DNA of 45,844 nucleotides from Myxococcota bacterium (GTDB lineage Bacteria; Myxococcota; XYA12-FULL-58-9; JALHOP01): NCBI GenBank assembly GCA_041288095.1, contig JBGGMJ010000203.1, positions 1 to 45,844 of the forward strand, read 5' to 3'. Shown piece by piece: positions 43,815 to 45,844 of this stretch (position 1 is its first letter; each line of letters starts with the position of its first letter). The notes under the pieces were generated by a model. It saw only the letters and a program-made list of their open reading frames with translations, ran no database searches and was not told where the DNA came from. The position numbers and the translations under genes were made by a program.

Positions 43815-43887
43815 TGGCAAACCCTATAGCGCAACGCTGGGCGGGCGGCCAATCGCGATGACGCCGTAAATCCTGTCGCAGTGTCCG

Positions 43888-45069
43888 CTAGAGCATGTTG
43901 CGGGTGGTGCTGCTTCTCATTTCGTTCATGACCTTCAAGACAGAGGCCATGAGGTTGTAGAGCTGGTTCGCCTTCTGGTCGAAGTTCTGGAAGGCGGTCG
44001 AGGCCATCTGTCGCTTATTGCGGACAGTTTCCTGCATCGACTCGACGTCTTTGATGGTGTCGTTGAGACCAGCGCGGTCGACCGTCTTGCTCATCGGATA
44101 GCCGGCCATGGTCGCGACCTTGCCGTCCCTGTCGAGCGTCGACAGGTCGAACTTCTGCACCTCGATGGAGATGGTGACCTTCTCGGGATACTTGGCGCCG
44201 GCCGCCGCGGCGGACAGACGCTGCGAGTCGTCGACGAGCTGCGAGAGGTAGTCCGAGAGCTTCTCGGCCATGAGGTTGTAGTCTTGCAGGCGCTCGAGGA
44301 AGTACTTCTTGTCCTCGTTGGTCGCCTGGATCGACTCGCGGAACACGAAGAAGAGGATCTCCATCGCGTTCGCGCCGACCTGCGTCGACAGCTGGTTGAT
44401 GTAGTCGGCGGCTTTGCCGACATTGGCGGCGTTCGGGTTCGCTATAGCGGCCCGCACCGCGTCGACTGCCTGGTCGAAGCCGGCGCGGAACTGGGCGCCC
44501 TGGAGCTTCGCTAGGGTAGCGGTCGCGGTTTCCTTGTTCACCAGGTTGGGGAAGCCGCGCTCCGCCATGGCGTCGATGATCTCTTGATCGCCGTCGCGCA
44601 GCTCGGCCGTCAGGTGGCCGGTGAACTTGTTCGGATTGGCGCCGCGATCGACCGCGTCCGCCGGGACCCAGGAGCCGCTGGCGGTGTCGAGTCGGAAGCC
44701 CTGAGCCTCGAGAGTGCCTTGCAGCGCCGTGAAGTTGGCGCCGAGCTCGGCCTGCGCCTGGACCACCCCTCGGGCGGTCGTCATGTCGAAGCGGGAGCCG
44801 GCGGTCGTGGTGACCACGCCGTTCTGGAAGCTGGCGACGCTGGAGTGGGCGGTTGTGGTCGCGCGGTCCCCAAGCTGGTTCTGCGCGGTGGTCAGCGTTC
44901 GGCTGGCACCGGTGGTGTTGGTCTCGCCAAGGCGCGCCGCGCTGCCGGTTCGCACGGTTTGGCCATCCGGAGTGCCAGTGCCTTCGGTGGTGGCGTTGGT
45001 GCCGGTGGAGTCCGCGTTGATGCTCTGGGACTGAGCGCCTCTACGTCTGATTCGGTCGCCGCTGCTCAT
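43888..45069 (-). CDS. T3SS tip/filament-like protein (SctA/Bsp22/EspA-like C-terminal helix)
   Basis: Disordered S/T/G N-terminus MSSGDRIRRRG; C-terminal LNDTIKDVESMQETVRNKRQMASTAFQNFDQKANQLYNLMASVLKVMNEMRSSTTRNML; RBS AAGGAG; first gene of the cassette. Confidence 0.65.
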   Translation of the reverse strand: MSSGDRIRRRGAQSQSINADSTGTNATTEGTGTPDGQTVRTGSAARLGETNTTGASRTLTTAQNQLGDRATTTAHSSVASFQNGVVTTTAGSRFDMTTARGVVQAQAELGANFTALQGTLEAQGFRLDTASGSWVPADAVDRGANPNKFTGHLTAELRDGDQEIIDAMAERGFPNLVNKETATATLAKLQGAQFRAGFDQAVDAVRAAIANPNAANVGKAADYINQLSTQVGANAMEILFFVFRESIQATNEDKKYFLERLQDYNLMAEKLSDYLSQLVDDSQRLSAAAAGAKYPEKVTISIEVQKFDLSTLDRDGKVATMAGYPMSKTVDRAGLNDTIKDVESMQETVRNKRQMASTAFQNFDQKANQLYNLMASVLKVMNEMRSSTTRNML

Positions 45070-45117
45070 AACCCCTGCTCCTTAGACCGTCCGGTGGCGC
45101 TTGACGGACCCTGGCTC

Positions 45118-45147
45118 TACTTACACATGGCGATGCGGGCCAGGTTG
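45118..45147 (-). promoter_or_regulatory. Motif B promoter
   Basis: Minus strand CAACC-N15-TGTGTAAGTA, 48 nt upstream of ATG 45069. Confidence 0.6.
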
Positions 45148-45257
45148 TTGCAAGTAACCCCAGTTGGGATCGCCTGGCAACGGAAAGGTTCGCTCGTTAC
45201 GCCTACATTCGTGATCTCTAGTTGCATCGCCGTCTCAAGTGTGGCGGATACAAGCGC

Positions 45258-45833
45258 GTGGGCAAGCGTCGCGGCGACCCGTACGACCGACTAGAGGGTG
45301 ACTTGGTGACGCTGGAGCGCGTCGACGACTTCGAGCGCCTATTCACTGACTTTCAACGCCCCGAGATCTACGACCTTACGGGCATCAAGAAGCCCCCGAC
45401 CCGCGTCGATTTCGACGAAGACATCAACACCGACCAGTCGCTCATCGTCTGGGACGTCGTTCCCGAGGGCGAAAACGAGTCGATCGGCTACGCCTTGTAC
45501 GTGGCCTACGACGGCCCGCCGTACTTCGCTTTCTTCATGTTCGCGGGCAAAGTCGACCTCGACATCGCGCAAGACGCGGCGCTTCTCATGGTGCACGCGT
45601 TCTTCAAGTTCACCGAAGAGCAGCGCCTTCACACCTTCGTGCCGCAGCCGGTCGACGACGAGATCGACGCGCGCTTGGTGGAGGCCGGCTTCGACCGCAT
45701 CGAAGAGCACCCCACGGTCGACCTCTCCAAGGAAGGCGCCTACGTCATGGAGCGCCACACCTACGAGGCCTACTACGGCGACGAAAATGAGGACGACGAA
45801 GAGGCAGCCGAGCTCGATTTCGACGAAGAGTAG
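45258..45833 (+). CDS. Acidic hypothetical protein with RimJ/RimL-like GNAT pattern
   Basis: RLEGDLVTLERV, ESIGYALY, ALLMVHAFF.....RLHTFV, RLVEAGF...E, YVMER..Y; start uncertain (45222, 45258 or 45306). Confidence 0.65.
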   Translation: MGKRRGDPYDRLEGDLVTLERVDDFERLFTDFQRPEIYDLTGIKKPPTRVDFDEDINTDQSLIVWDVVPEGENESIGYALYVAYDGPPYFAFFMFAGKVDLDIAQDAALLMVHAFFKFTEEQRLHTFVPQPVDDEIDARLVEAGFDRIEEHPTVDLSKEGAYVMERHTYEAYYGDENEDDEEAAELDFDEE

Positions 45834-45844
45834 GGGTTTAGAGC

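Noticed and set aside
38242..45069. Flagellin, hook-associated or methyl-accepting chemotaxis genes
   Set aside because: No flagellin terminal signatures or MCP hairpin motif; hydrophobic segments plus a SycD-like chaperone fit translocators better.
1..45844. tRNA/rRNA genes, integrases, transposases, prophage genes
   Set aside because: None recognised; intergenic gaps are short and show no cloverleaf or terminal-repeat structure.

Overview
High-GC bacterial chromosome segment with a Myxococcota-like gene repertoire (DUF1592/DUF1552 pair, membrane Ser/Thr kinase-like gene, MJ0042 zinc-ribbon protein, tandem ArsA-family ATPases, ECF-like sigma). Housekeeping blocks: LpxL-family acyltransferase, SPFH pair, ccmF-G-H-I cytochrome c maturation, a peptide ABC transporter, tolQRAB and lexA. 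The main result is a minus-strand cassette at 34945-45069 that looks like a stand-alone type III secretion (T3SS) translocon kit with no apparatus genes in the window: a tip/filament-like protein, one polypeptide made of two SycD/LcrH chaperone units, two paralogous SctE-like and one SctB-like hydrophobic translocators, a 704-aa low-complexity protein, and a translationally coupled ABBA-type prenyltransferase-like gene. Reading the intergenic DNA gave two recurrent promoter-like motifs. Motif B (nnRCC-N15-YGTGTA) precedes the cassette genes and two distant genes. Motif A (CRCAMC-N13/15-SSCGADRH) precedes most of the stand-alone orphan genes lying between housekeeping operons, plus a nuclease with no signal peptide; together these suggest a dispersed, co-regulated effector set. 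All family calls come from motif recognition by eye; no database searches were run.
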